64,000 bases of DNA from Acidobacteriota bacterium. GTDB taxonomy: Bacteria; Acidobacteriota; UBA890; WLXD01. The position numbers and the translations under genes were made by a program. The stretch spans positions 1,248,001-1,312,000 of the forward strand of contig CBDBHB010000008.1 in the NCBI GenBank assembly GCA_965205505.1. The letters are read 5' to 3'. The notes beneath the pieces are model-generated. The model worked only from the letters and a program-made list of their open reading frames with translations, did no database searches and was not told the DNA's origin. Numbering within the stretch: position 1 is the stretch's first letter; every line of letters starts with the position of its first letter. Of this stretch, positions 62,687-64,000 are shown in pieces.

Positions 62687-63801
62687 CAGCCGCTCAGCGT
62701 TGTGAGGAAAACGTCGATGTCGCCGACGGTATTCCAAATGCCCGGCGACACCCGCAGGCCTCCTTCGCGCAGGCTCACCCCCACGTTCGCCTCCCGAAGC
62801 CTTGCGTGAGCCTCGAGCGTCGCCTCGGTGGTTTGCCCAACGAGGCTCAGGATTGTGGAGCGCTGTTCGGGAATCAGCGAGCTGTCGACGCGAAAGCTGG
62901 CCGGGAGCCCATCTACCAATCGATCGAGAAGCGCCATAGCGTGGGCGGCTACCGCGTCGATACCCGTTTCGACCAAGAACTCGAGCGACTCTGCCATCGC
63001 GGCACCATGGATAAACGCTGCCGTTTCCGGTACGTCGAAGCGGATCGCTCCGGGGCGGTGTCGTGGCTCCAGGTCCACCAGTCGGTTGAAGTCGTCGGCA
63101 CCGACGATCGTCGCCCAGTTGAATGTCGGAAGCCGGAGCCGCTCGACCCATGTCGGATGCACATAGGTGACGCCAGTGCCGTAGGGCGACATGAGCCACT
63201 TGTACCCCGCGATCGCCACCACAGACGCCTTGCATCGAGCGACATCGAACGGGATCGCGCCAACCGACTGCGAGGCGTCAACGAGAAAAAGTGCGCCGTG
63301 CTGCTCGCAAGCTGCGCCAATGGCATCGAGGTCGAGGCGCCGTCCATTCGCGAAGTTCACGTGGCCGACGCTCACGACCCGGGTGCGCGGGCAGATTGCC
63401 GCCACCACGTCGTCGGGGTCCACGAACTCCACCTTCACGCCAAGTGCTCGCAGCCCCCGCCAAGGGAGGTTGTTGGCGGGAAACTCCCCGGTCGGTACGA
63501 CGACGCGATCGTCAGCTCTCCATTCGAGACCACAGGCTACAAGGCTGACCCCATGCGACGCCCCGGTGGCCACGGCAATGTCGTGTGGACAGCAACCGAG
63601 CAGCTCCGACGCCGCTCCGCGAATGCGATCGGGAAGGGCGAAGTAGACTCCATCATCGAGCCCGAACGGGTCACGTTTCCAATCCAGAGCGCGCTCGGCG
63701 GCGGCAATCGCTCGGCGTGCCATCGGCCCTTGGTTTGCCCCATCGAGGTAGACGCGCCCGCGTAGATCGAACTCGCAGCTCAGATCGAGCGCGGCTGTCA
63801 A
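62683..63801 (-). CDS. Class V PLP aminotransferase (cysteine desulfurase-like)
   Basis: YLDGANQGP, GEFPAN, VDASQSVG, AGYKW, LRVSPGIWN; TTG start overlapping upstream stop. Confidence 0.88.
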   Translation of the reverse strand: MTAALDLSCEFDLRGRVYLDGANQGPMARRAIAAAERALDWKRDPFGLDDGVYFALPDRIRGAASELLGCCPHDIAVATGASHGVSLVACGLEWRADDRVVVPTGEFPANNLPWRGLRALGVKVEFVDPDDVVAAICPRTRVVSVGHVNFANGRRLDLDAIGAACEQHGALFLVDASQSVGAIPFDVARCKASVVAIAGYKWLMSPYGTGVTYVHPTWVERLRLPTFNWATIVGADDFNRLVDLEPRHRPGAIRFDVPETAAFIHGAAMAESLEFLVETGIDAVAAHAMALLDRLVDGLPASFRVDSSLIPEQRSTILSLVGQTTEATLEAHARLREANVGVSLREGGLRVSPGIWNTVGDIDVFLTTLSGC

Positions 63802-64000
63802 AAGGGCGAGTCTTCGGTTGCCGGGCGTGACTCGTAGAAGTGGTCGATCGCTTCCCATGCTTGAGCAGCTGTGTCAGCCCAGCTGATCAACTCCAGGTCT
63901 GTCGAACTGATCGTCCCGGCGGCAGCCAGAGCCTCGAGGTTCACCACCTGCGACCACCAGGCCCGGCCGAAGATCACCACCGGGATCCGCCGCATCTTGC
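63798..64000 (-). CDS. LOG/TIGR00730 family protein, C-terminal part only
   Basis: KMRRIPVVIFG..WW..VVN...GTIS..DL..I.WADTA matches the LOG C-terminus; runs off the window. Confidence 0.7.
   Translation of the reverse strand, partial: KMRRIPVVIFGRAWWSQVVNLEALAAAGTISSTDLELISWADTAAQAWEAIDHFYESRPATEDSPF

Overview
GC-rich bacterial DNA, probably Acidobacteriota (inferred from an ADOP-type permease and typical secreted proteins). Most of the window is accessory metabolism, transport and signalling: an osmoprotectant ABC transporter, hisN with c-di-GMP turnover genes, bolA/grxD, rtcB with SRAP, a molybdenum-hydroxylase/nucleobase-transporter catabolic cluster, an M16 peptidase pair, PLP enzymes and an HDAC-family protein. 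It also holds many frameshifted or deleted genes, three related families of CTAG-bounded MITE-like repeats and two IS3-family elements. The best candidate for an undescribed system is at 3.7-8.6 kb. There a sigma54 -24/-12 promoter precedes a small secreted 8-Cys peptide with defensin-like CxxxC/CxC motifs, followed by a membrane-anchored CPFC thioredoxin and two stand-alone zinc-finger (zf-HC2/ZAS) microproteins. Next to these lie an ECF sigma factor with its ZAS anti-sigma, and a divergent sensor-less sigma54 activator plus an AraC HTH. Other highlights are a histone-H1-like (KKKxAV)~34 protein fused to a degenerate nucleotidyltransferase-like domain, and a hybrid-ended IS3 insertion whose GGAT target duplication brackets ends from two different IS elements. 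All calls come from reading motifs by eye; no database searches were run.
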